A stretch of 64,000 nt of DNA from Thermoanaerobaculia bacterium. GTDB lineage: Bacteria > Acidobacteriota > Thermoanaerobaculia > Multivoradales > UBA5704. The translations under genes and the position numbers were made by a program. Shown here piece after piece: positions 52,607-61,052 of this stretch. The notes beneath the pieces were generated by a model that was given only the letters and a program-made list of their open reading frames with translations, was not told the origin of the DNA and ran no database searches. The DNA lies in contig JBGAGQ010000014.1 in assembly GCA_044226625.1 (NCBI GenBank), positions 1 to 64,000 of the forward strand, read 5' to 3'. Within the stretch, counting starts at the first letter, position 1, and every line of letters starts with the position of its first letter.

Positions 52607-52802
52607 CTCGAACCTCCTGGAATTTTAGGATCCGTCCAGACTCTGGCGCGGGATGTTGACAACAGTATGCCGGGGAGTCAACGGCCTTGGGACCTGGGGG
52701 GCCGGCGCGGTTAGGCCCTCCGGGCCGCCTCTCTTCCGTATCCGTACCGTGTGCCGGATCCTCTCACCACCGCGGATCGAACGGTACCGGGGTCGCCGGG
52801 GG

Positions 52803-54056
52803 CTAATCGGTCGTCACGTGCTGCCAGCCGCGAACGAGCGTGTCGCTGCGCCGGTACGAACCGCCGCCGCCATAAACCAAGATTCCGAGCGGGTCTCCGG
52901 ACAGAGCGCGGTAGGCGTCGAGGCCCCGAAGCGCCGATGCGGTCACCGTCTCGGCGGTTTTGATCTCGATCGGAACTCGGCGCGTGCCGTAGTCGATCAG
53001 CAGGTCGACTTCGCGGCCGTTGGAGTCGCGCCAGAAATAGAGGGGCGGCCGCTGGCCGTGATGCAGGAAAAGCTTGCGCAGCTCGGAGACGACGAACGAC
53101 TCGAAGATCGCGCCTCGGAGGGGATACGTCTCCAGGTCCTCCGGTTTGCGCAGTCGCAACAGATGACAGAGCAGGCCGGTGTCCAAGAAGTGGAGCTTGG
53201 GTGTTTTGATCATTCGTTTCGAGAAGTTCTCGAAATGGGGCTGCAACAGGTCGATCACGTAGCTCGCGCGGAGGACCGAAATCCATTTCTTCGCGGTCGG
53301 CTGGCTGACGCCCGCATCGGCGGCGAGCGAGGAGAGGTTGAGCAGCTGGCCGCTGCGTCCGGCCGCGAGCGCGAGGAACCTCGTGAACGTGTCGAGGTCC
53401 CCGACGTTGGCGAGCGTCCGCACGTCCCGTTCGACATAGGTTCGGACGTATCCGTCGAGCCAGGTGGAAGGGCTGAGCTTGCGGTCGTAGAGCGAGGGAT
53501 AGCAACCCCGATAGAGGATCTCGTCCAGACTCGATACCTGCGGGAGGGGATCTTCCCCGCCCGCTTCTCGATTCACCTCTCGGTCCACACCGAATTCGTC
53601 GGGAGTGATCGCCTTTCGAGCGGCGATCTCCGCTACGCTGAGCGGGAGCAACTCCAGGATCGCCACCCGGCCGGCGAGCGACTGCCCAATTCGCTCCGAA
53701 AGCAGAAAGTGCTGCGACCCGGTGAGGACCAACGGCCCTCCGCGGCGCTCGTCCAGGTAGCTCTGAAGGTACGAGAACAGCTGGGGGACGTTTTGAACTT
53801 CGTCGAGGATCGCGCCAGGGCCTCGGCTGATGCGGTTCAAGAAGCGCCGCGGATCGTCGGTCGCCTCCTCCCGGTTCTGAAGGTCCTCGAGCGAAAGGTA
53901 GGCGAAATCCGGGAACGTGGTCCGGGCCAGGGTGGTCTTGCCGGACTGTCGAGGCCCGGTGAGGAAGACCGCCGGATACGAACGGACCGTCGCGGCGAGG
54001 TGGGCCTTGAGGGTACGGTCGATCACCCGATCGTTGTAGCCGAAACTGAAATCCAT
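52803..54056 (-). CDS. AAA_14 ATPase with DUF4143 C-terminal domain
   Basis: GPRQSGKTT, LDEVQ, LTGSQ, YVERDV, PKLHFLDTG, EVDLL..IEIK; GTG at 54026 is an alternative start. Confidence 0.88.
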   Translation of the reverse strand: MDFSFGYNDRVIDRTLKAHLAATVRSYPAVFLTGPRQSGKTTLARTTFPDFAYLSLEDLQNREEATDDPRRFLNRISRGPGAILDEVQNVPQLFSYLQSYLDERRGGPLVLTGSQHFLLSERIGQSLAGRVAILELLPLSVAEIAARKAITPDEFGVDREVNREAGGEDPLPQVSSLDEILYRGCYPSLYDRKLSPSTWLDGYVRTYVERDVRTLANVGDLDTFTRFLALAAGRSGQLLNLSSLAADAGVSQPTAKKWISVLRASYVIDLLQPHFENFSKRMIKTPKLHFLDTGLLCHLLRLRKPEDLETYPLRGAIFESFVVSELRKLFLHHGQRPPLYFWRDSNGREVDLLIDYGTRRVPIEIKTAETVTASALRGLDAYRALSGDPLGILVYGGGGSYRRSDTLVRGWQHVTTD

Positions 54057-54165
54057 GTCAATTCAAAGTGAAGTTTTGAATCCGCATGGATTTTCCGGTT
54101 GGTTTGCAGGACCGCGCCGCCGGGTGGGTGCTCGGACGACTCGTCGGACCTCGCGGCCGGAGAGC

Positions 54166-54205
54166 TTGACAGCTCGACAATTACACCCGTACTATTACGC
54201 CTGTA
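54166..54205 (+). promoter_or_regulatory. Promoter with two BlaI/CopY-type operator boxes
   Basis: TTGACA 54166-54171, 18-nt spacer, TACTAT 54190-54195. TACAcccGTA (54182-54191) and TACgccTGTA (54196-54205) each differ by one base from TACAnnTGTA. Confidence 0.75.
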
Positions 54206-54254
54206 GTTGGATCTGCGGCCGAACCCGTCGAGCGTCGGCGAGCGGAGGGACACC

Positions 54255-54638
54255 GTGGCGAACCTGGGGCTGACCGAGCTTCAACTGGAGATCATGCAGG
54301 TGCTGTGGCGCCGGGGGGCGGCCACGGCGACGGAGGTCCACGAAGAGATGAACGCGCGCGGGCTCGCGCCGGCCACCATTGCCACCCTCCTTCGGCGGCT
54401 GGACAAGAGGGGCGCGGTGATGCACGAGATGAACGGCCGCCAGTTCGTCTACCGGGCGCGGATCACGCCGGAGGAGACCCAGCGGTCGCGGGTTGCCGAA
54501 GTCGCCGATCGGCTGTTCCCGGGCCAGATCCCGGATTTGATCAACTATCTGCTCGCGCAGAAGAAAATCGACGCCGAGGAGTTGGCCGAGGTGAAGGCGC
54601 TGATCGAGGCGAAAGAACGTGAGGCGAGGCCGAAGTGA
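54255..54638 (+). CDS. BlaI/MecI/CopY family repressor
   Basis: LTELQLEIMQVLW, TIATLLRRLDKRGAV, GRQFVYRA; GTG start with GGAGG RBS. Confidence 0.93.
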   Translation: MANLGLTELQLEIMQVLWRRGAATATEVHEEMNARGLAPATIATLLRRLDKRGAVMHEMNGRQFVYRARITPEETQRSRVAEVADRLFPGQIPDLINYLLAQKKIDAEELAEVKALIEAKEREARPK

Positions 54639-56530
54639 TCACGCTCGAATCCGCCGTCTTTCTCCTCGTCTACGCCGCCGCGGCGGTGGCCGCTTGGCTC
54701 GCGACGTACTGCGTTCACAGCACGGTGCTGATCGGGGGTCTCTGGCTCTTGAACCGCGTCGCGCGGTGGCCGAGACCGACGCGTGAGCTGTCGTGGAAGG
54801 TGGCGCTCGTCGGCGGCGTGGCGACGGCGACGATCTCGCTGGCCACGGATATGCGGCCGCTGCTCGGCCGTTTCGAAACCGCGTCCTTCGTCGCTGCGCG
54901 TACCTGGGATCGCGTTACCGCTTCGCCTCCGCAAAGCGGAAAGAGCCCCCTTGGATCCGCCGAAGGGCGTGCCGTGCCGTCATCTCTCACCTTCGACCGG
55001 TCGGCGAGCCGCCACCGCGCGCTCGACCTCGAGAGGTTTGCGGCCCGCCTGCCCGGGGCTGCGACCGCGCTCCGGTACGTGCCGCTTGCCCTGGTTCTCG
55101 CCTGGCTGATTCGGGCCGCCGTGGTGCTGCTTCGAGTCGGTACGGCGACCGCGCGCGCAAGGCGCGCTCTGGGCGCTCGCGAAGGCGCCCCCGGCGAGGC
55201 GGCCGAGAGGTTCCAAGCGGTGGCGAGGTCGATGGGGTTGTCTCGGCCGGTCCGTTTCACGATTTCGGAGCGTCTCGCGAGCCCGGTCGCCCTCGGCCGG
55301 TCGGAGATCACGGTCCCGCGGCGGCTTCTCACCGACCTCTGCGCGGAGGATCAGTGGAGTGTGGTCGCTCATGAAGTGGCGCATCTCGTGCGCCGGGATC
55401 CCTGGTGGCTGTTGGCGGCGGCCACGACGGAATCGTTGTTCTTCTTCCAGCCGCTGAACAGGATGGCTCGCATGAGATGGCAAGAACAGGCGGAATATCT
55501 ATGCGACGAGCGGGTCGCGCGCGTTCAAGGGTCCGGGTTGCCACTCGCCCGGGCGCTCGCCCGCGTCGCCGAGTGGCTGAGTACCGAGGTGCGCCTGTTG
55601 GCGCCGGCTTTCGCGGAGACCTCGGGAACGCTGCTCGGTCGGGTCAGGGCGCTGATCGGAGGGGGCGTCCCCGAGCCGCCGGTCGGACGGCGAGCGCGGA
55701 CGGCGCTCTGGGTGGCACCGGCTCTCGTGCTGTGCGGCCCGCCGTCGTTCGCTCCGGGTTCGGTCGGCGGCTGGGGGACGGCGGCGTTTCATTGGTCCGG
55801 CGCGGTGCCCGCGGGACAGACCTTGGAGGTCCAGGGCGTGCTCGGAAGCATCCGGGTCGAGCCGTCGGAGGGCGACCAGGTCGAGGTGTACGCGACGAGG
55901 CACGGTCGCTCGACGAACCCCGACGTTCATTTCGAGGTCCTGCGGCATTCGGGCGGCGTGACGATCTGCGCGATCTACCCGGTCGATCCGACGACGCCTC
56001 GGGTCGTCCCCCCGTCCTGTACGCCCGGGGCGCCGGTCCAGTCGAACACCCCCGCCAACGACGTGGAAATCGAGTTCGTGGTGGACCTGCCGCGAGGCGT
56101 CGACGTCCGCTTGTCCACCGCCGTGGGAGACGTCACGACGGGACCGCTGCGCGGCTCGGTCGAAGCCCGGTCCGGCAGCGGCGACATCGAGATCACGACG
56201 ACCGAGCACGCGTCGGCCGAGACCCGGAGCGGCGACGTCCGTGTGTCGATGGGACAGACCCGATGGAACGGATCGTTGAGGTTGTCCACCCTCTCGGGCG
56301 ACGTCCGGCTCGCGCTGCCGGCCGAATCGAGCGTCGAGCTGTCCGCGACGACGAGAACCGGAACGATCCGATCGGATTTCGACTTGGGTCGCCCGGAGCG
56401 GGTGTCGTGGGGGGCGCGCCGCAAGCCGTCCGGAAGCGTGGGGACGAGCGTGCACGGCGTGATCGGCGAAGGGGGCCGCGAGCTGAAGCTCGAGACCCTG
56501 TCGGGCAACGTCGTCGTGAAACGAAGATAG
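54635..56530 (+). CDS. M56 (BlaR1-like) metallopeptidase fused to DUF4097 beta-repeat domain
   Basis: HSTVL, HEVAHLVRRD, FFFQPL, EYLCDE; C-terminal T.SGDV repeats; 4-nt overlap with blaI. Confidence 0.88.
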   Translation: MITLESAVFLLVYAAAAVAAWLATYCVHSTVLIGGLWLLNRVARWPRPTRELSWKVALVGGVATATISLATDMRPLLGRFETASFVAARTWDRVTASPPQSGKSPLGSAEGRAVPSSLTFDRSASRHRALDLERFAARLPGAATALRYVPLALVLAWLIRAAVVLLRVGTATARARRALGAREGAPGEAAERFQAVARSMGLSRPVRFTISERLASPVALGRSEITVPRRLLTDLCAEDQWSVVAHEVAHLVRRDPWWLLAAATTESLFFFQPLNRMARMRWQEQAEYLCDERVARVQGSGLPLARALARVAEWLSTEVRLLAPAFAETSGTLLGRVRALIGGGVPEPPVGRRARTALWVAPALVLCGPPSFAPGSVGGWGTAAFHWSGAVPAGQTLEVQGVLGSIRVEPSEGDQVEVYATRHGRSTNPDVHFEVLRHSGGVTICAIYPVDPTTPRVVPPSCTPGAPVQSNTPANDVEIEFVVDLPRGVDVRLSTAVGDVTTGPLRGSVEARSGSGDIEITTTEHASAETRSGDVRVSMGQTRWNGSLRLSTLSGDVRLALPAESSVELSATTRTGTIRSDFDLGRPERVSWGARRKPSGSVGTSVHGVIGEGGRELKLETLSGNVVVKRR

Positions 56531-56599
56531 CGTCTCGCGCGCCGGCCCCTGCCGGCGAACCTCCTTAGACGATCGACACCTTCTCGAAAGGGTACCCCG

Positions 56600-58507
56600 A
56601 TGCGAACGCCGTGCGTCGCCAAGCTCCTGCTGTCTCGAATCCTCGTGGTCGGAACGACCTGGGCCGCGGCCCTCGTCGTCGCCGGTCCCTCTTCCGCCGT
56701 CGCGGCGGTACGGCCGCCGGAACCCGTTCTGAACCCGGGCGATCCGGGGCAACTGGCCGCCTGGGCCGACCCGCTCATGGCCCGTCATCTGGCGGAGTAT
56801 CACGTCCCGGGAGCCGTCCTGGTGGTGGTCGAGGGGGGGCAGGTCGTCCTGGCCAAGGGCTACGGGTTGGCGCGGCGCGAGCCGAGCCGTCCGGTCGATC
56901 CCGAGCGAACGATCTTCCGGGTCGCTTCGATCTCGAAGGTGTTCACGGCGACCGCCGCGATGCAGCTCGTCGAGCGCGGACGGCTGTCGCTCGACCGGGA
57001 CGTCAACGCCTACCTGACGAGCTTCAAGCTTCCCGCCAGCTATCCGAGGCCGGTCACCCTGTTTCACCTGCTCACCCACACCGGCGGTTTCGACGAACGC
57101 CTGATCGCGCGCAAGGCCCGGCGCGCGGAGGAGGTGGAGCCGCTCGCCGTCTACCTCGCCCGCCGCATGCCCCCTCGCGTGATGGACCCGGGCGAATTCA
57201 TCAGCTATTCCAACCACGGCATGGCCCTCGCGGGTCATCTGATCGAGCAGACGACGGGGCGCACCTTCGAACGCTACATGAGGGAGAACGTCTTCCGGCC
57301 CTTGGGGATGCGTCGAAGCGGCTTCGAGCCGCCCGGGGACACGCCCGACTTCGCCGTGGGAACCCGGTTCCGCGGCGACGGCTACCGGTCGGTGCCGTTC
57401 GACTTCGTCCGTACGGTGCCCGCGTCGATGTTGACGACGACGGGGACCGACATGGCGCGCTTCATGATCGCCCACCTCCAGAACGGCGTCTACGAGGGAA
57501 CCCGCATCTTGAGCGACCGTTCCGCGCGTGCGATGCACCGGCGGCAGTTCTCCCAGCACCCTCTGCTCCCTGGGATCGCGTTCGGCTTCTGGGAGAGGTT
57601 CCAGAACGGCCAACGGGCTCTCTGGCACGACGGCGACCTTCCGGGCTTCGCGAGTTTGCTCTATCTCCTGCCCGAGCGCGGCGTCGGTCTGTTCGTGGCC
57701 TACGACGGCGACGGCGGGAACGAGGCTCGCGAGGAGCTCCTGGCGGCGTTTCTCGACCGGTGCTACCCGGTCGAGCCGCGAACCGTCAAGCAGGTCGCCG
57801 GCCCCGACGCCTCCCGTTTCTCCGGAACCTACCTGTTCAACCGGCGGGTGCGGCGCGGGCTGGAGAAAATCGCGAGCCAGGGCGAAACCGCGATCGTGCG
57901 CTCTCGGCCGGGAGGCGTTCTGGAGCTCGGCGGGAGACGCTTCTTCCCGGCCGGGCCTCTCCTCTTCGAGCGGGAGGACGGAAAGAGCTACCTGGCGTTC
58001 AAGCAAGACGCCGAGGGCCGGATCACGCACCTGTTCGCGGGGTCGGCGATCGCGCGGGTTTACGAACGGCGGCTCTGGTACGAAGCGCCGGGGCTTCATC
58101 TCCTGGCCTTGACGTTCTGCGCTGTTGCGTTCCTCGCGACGGTCGTCGCCTCGCTTCGCGACCGCTTCCGCTCGCGCCGCGGGGTCCGCGTCGCGCAGCC
58201 GCCGGCCTGGACGATCGCCACCGTCGTGAGCGCGCTCAATTTGACTTTTCTCGCGGGCTTCGTCCTTCTGATGGCCGGCTCGGCCGGGGAGCTCGAATAC
58301 CGGGTCCCGCCGGCCCTCGTCGGGCTGCTCGTCCTCCCCTTGGCGTCCGCCGCTCTCACGCTCCTCCTCCCCTTTCGGTCCGTGGCGGCCTGGCGTTGGC
58401 CTGGCTGGCGCCGAGGCCGACGTTGGCACTTTGCCGCGGTTGCGGTCGCCGCCCTCGGATGGATCGTGCTGCTCGGCGCTTGGAATCTGCTGGGCTTCCG
58501 CACCTGA
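56600..58507 (+). CDS. Serine hydrolase (class C beta-lactamase-like) with C-terminal membrane anchor
   Basis: SISK (SxxK), LLTHTGG, YSN, HDG; several C-terminal TM helices. Confidence 0.88.
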   Translation: MRTPCVAKLLLSRILVVGTTWAAALVVAGPSSAVAAVRPPEPVLNPGDPGQLAAWADPLMARHLAEYHVPGAVLVVVEGGQVVLAKGYGLARREPSRPVDPERTIFRVASISKVFTATAAMQLVERGRLSLDRDVNAYLTSFKLPASYPRPVTLFHLLTHTGGFDERLIARKARRAEEVEPLAVYLARRMPPRVMDPGEFISYSNHGMALAGHLIEQTTGRTFERYMRENVFRPLGMRRSGFEPPGDTPDFAVGTRFRGDGYRSVPFDFVRTVPASMLTTTGTDMARFMIAHLQNGVYEGTRILSDRSARAMHRRQFSQHPLLPGIAFGFWERFQNGQRALWHDGDLPGFASLLYLLPERGVGLFVAYDGDGGNEAREELLAAFLDRCYPVEPRTVKQVAGPDASRFSGTYLFNRRVRRGLEKIASQGETAIVRSRPGGVLELGGRRFFPAGPLLFEREDGKSYLAFKQDAEGRITHLFAGSAIARVYERRLWYEAPGLHLLALTFCAVAFLATVVASLRDRFRSRRGVRVAQPPAWTIATVVSALNLTFLAGFVLLMAGSAGELEYRVPPALVGLLVLPLASAALTLLLPFRSVAAWRWPGWRRGRRWHFAAVAVAALGWIVLLGAWNLLGFRT

Positions 58508-58573
58508 CGGCTCGTGCCGATCCGGCCGAAATCGGCGGCCACGGCGGGAGGGCGCTGGTACACTTCCGCTCCC

Positions 58574-59272
58574 ATGTCCCTTCGCGTCACCCTCCTCGGC
58601 AGCGGGACCTCAACCGGCGTGCCGGTCATCGGCTGCGCCTGCAGGGTTTGCAATTCAGCCGATCCCAGGAACCGGCGCTCGCGGCCGGGCCTAAAGATCG
58701 AGGGGGCCGAGGGGGCAGTGCTCATCGACGCCTCGACCGACCTGCGCGAGCAGCTGCTGCGCGAACCGATTTCCCGGCTCGACGCCGTAGTGTTCACCCA
58801 CGCGCACGCCGATCACATCTTCGGGCTCGACGACGTGCGGATCTTCAATTTCGTCTTCGAGCCGGGGCAGGAAGGGGGCGGTAAGCCGCAGCTCGACCTG
58901 ATCCCGATCGAGGAGCCGTTTGCGCTGCTCGGCCGCCCCTGGGTGCCGATTCCGGTCTGGCACGGCGTGATGCCGGTCCTCGGCTTCCGGATCGGCGATT
59001 TCGCCTACGTGACCGACTGCAACCAGATCCCCGAAGAGAGCTTCGAGCGGCTGGCGGGGGTCGACACGCTGATCCTCGACGCGCTCCGCTACCGGCCGCA
59101 TTCGACCCATTTCTCGTTGGCCGAGGCGGTCGACGCCGCGCAGCGGATCGGCGCGCGTCGCACCTATTTCACGCACATCGCCCACGACATTGACCACGGT
59201 CGACTGGAGCTTGCCCTGCCGGACGGCATGGAGATCGGCTACGACGGCCTCGCCTTCGACGTGGAGGGCTGA
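58574..59272 (+). CDS. MBL-fold metallo-hydrolase (PhnP-like)
   Basis: LGSGTSTGVP..GC.C.VC, THAHADH, YVTD, HSTH, THIAH. Confidence 0.9.
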   Translation: MSLRVTLLGSGTSTGVPVIGCACRVCNSADPRNRRSRPGLKIEGAEGAVLIDASTDLREQLLREPISRLDAVVFTHAHADHIFGLDDVRIFNFVFEPGQEGGGKPQLDLIPIEEPFALLGRPWVPIPVWHGVMPVLGFRIGDFAYVTDCNQIPEESFERLAGVDTLILDALRYRPHSTHFSLAEAVDAAQRIGARRTYFTHIAHDIDHGRLELALPDGMEIGYDGLAFDVEG

Positions 59273-59276
59273 GACC

Positions 59277-60632
59277 ATGCGGGATTCGAGCAAAGCCGCG
59301 GGAGCGGACTTTGGGACGATCGAGCTGCGGGCCATCCCCTCGGGCCGCCGGGTCGAGGGTGCGGTCCGGGTGCCGCCTTCGAAGAGCGTCACCCACCGCG
59401 TGCTCAACCTGGCGCTTCTCGCGGAGCGGCCTCTGATCGTCGAAAGTCCGTTGATCGCCGATGACACCCGGCTGTTCCTCGCGGCGCTCGAAGCATGCGG
59501 TTGGGGCGTCGAGGCAGTGGAACAGGGCGAGCGGGGGATGGACGAAGTCCGGCTCGTCCCCGGAGCGCGCGGTTCGAACGATTCCAGCCCGATCGAGATC
59601 TTCTGCGGCAACGCCGGGACGATGTATCGCTTCCTCGTGGCGACCCTTGTCGCGATCCCGGGGGAGTACCGGCTCGACGGCATGCCTCGGCTTCGCGAGC
59701 GGCCGATCGGCCCGCTGGTCGACGCGGTGCGGCGCCTGGGCGGCGAGATCGACTACCTGGGCAACGAGGGCTACGGACCGCTCGCGATCCGCGGCGGCAC
59801 GCTGCGCGGCGGAACGACCGGGCTCGACGCGGGATCGTCCAGCCAATATCTCTCCGCCCTGCTGATGGCGGGTCTGCGGGCGAAGGAACCGACCGTCGTC
59901 GAGCTCTCCGCACTCACCTCGGAGCCGTACGTCGACATCACGCTCGACTGGGTCCGGCGCTTCGGCGGCCGGGCCGAGCGGCTCGCCCCCGACCGGTTCC
60001 GCGTCGAGCCCTCGCCGGAGTTGGGCGTCGGGCTCGATCGGGTGCGCGTGGAGGGCGACTGGTCGGCCGCCGCCTATCCGGCGGCGATGGCCGCGCTCTG
60101 TCGCGGCACGGTGCACCTGCTCGGCATCGACCGGGATTCCGCCCAAGGCGACCGCGCCTTCGTCGATCTGCTCGGGACGATGGGCGCCGAGGTCGCCTGG
60201 AAGGGAGAGAATCTTCGGGTCTCGGGCACCGGCCGTCTGATCGGTCTCTCGGTCGATCTCGGGGCTATGCCCGATCAGGTGCCCACGCTGGCGGCCCTCG
60301 CTCCGTTTTCCGAGGGGACGACGCGGATCACGGGCGTGCCCCACTTGCGGATCAAGGAGAGCGACCGCCTCCACGCGATGGCGGTGGGGCTCGCGGCGCT
60401 CGGAGTCCCGGTTCGGGAGCTCCCAGACGGTCTGGAGATCGAAGGGGTCTGGGCGGGCCGTGACGATCTACCCATCGAGACGGTGACGATCGATCCGTTC
60501 GACGATCACCGCATCGCGATGAGCTTCGCCCTCCTCGGCCTCCGGCGCCCGGGGGTGACGATCGCCGAGCCCGGAGTGGTCGCGAAGTCCTACCCCGACT
60601 TCTGGCGCGATTTCGAGGCGTTGACGAGCTGA
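59277..60632 (+). CDS. aroA: 3-phosphoshikimate 1-carboxyvinyltransferase
   Basis: PPSKS, GNAGT..R, ERPIG, SSQYLSALL, RIKESDR, DDHRIAM, KSYPDF. Confidence 0.96.
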   Translation: MRDSSKAAGADFGTIELRAIPSGRRVEGAVRVPPSKSVTHRVLNLALLAERPLIVESPLIADDTRLFLAALEACGWGVEAVEQGERGMDEVRLVPGARGSNDSSPIEIFCGNAGTMYRFLVATLVAIPGEYRLDGMPRLRERPIGPLVDAVRRLGGEIDYLGNEGYGPLAIRGGTLRGGTTGLDAGSSSQYLSALLMAGLRAKEPTVVELSALTSEPYVDITLDWVRRFGGRAERLAPDRFRVEPSPELGVGLDRVRVEGDWSAAAYPAAMAALCRGTVHLLGIDRDSAQGDRAFVDLLGTMGAEVAWKGENLRVSGTGRLIGLSVDLGAMPDQVPTLAALAPFSEGTTRITGVPHLRIKESDRLHAMAVGLAALGVPVRELPDGLEIEGVWAGRDDLPIETVTIDPFDDHRIAMSFALLGLRRPGVTIAEPGVVAKSYPDFWRDFEALTS

Positions 60633-60642
60633 ACACACCGCC

Positions 60643-60890
60643 GAATTCGGTCGAGCGGATGCGCTGTTCGGTTTCCTGACCGGCGAATTCGTTTTCGGGG
60701 GTCCGAACATCGATTCGCGACCGGCCGAGGCCTTTTCTCAGCGGCGCGACCGCTTTTGCCATCGGTGAGACCGCTTCGCGGATTGCCGAAAACGGTCGAC
60801 CCAGTGCCGAAACCCCTCGCGGGAGTCGGAATCTCGCTTGTGCGTCCGTAGAGCGAATTCGGCGCTCAGGAAATCGCTCCGCTCGGCCAG
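60643..60890. repeat. Degenerate 21-nt-periodic intergenic element with inverted arms
   Basis: GACCGCTT at 60748 and 60769; TGCCGAAA at 60784 and 60805; GAATTCG at 60643 and 60685. 60672-60691 matches revcomp of 60854-60873 at 18/20. Confidence 0.55.
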
Positions 60891-61052
60891 CAAACCCCTG
60901 CGCGCACCGGTCTCGCGAGGCCCTCCACCCGGCCCGGCGGTCCCGACGGCCGTTCGACTCCTTCGCCAGCCCGCTTTCCGCCGCGGGCTACCCCGCCCGC
61001 GGTGCCGGTGGTAGTCTTCGCGCGATTTTTCCGCGCTCAGGAACTCGAACCC

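Noticed and set aside
52655-52682. GTTGAC-N16-GTCAAC inverted repeat upstream of the TonB receptor as a specific operator
   Set aside because: Only 6-bp arms and no assignable regulator; may be promoter-related, but support is insufficient.
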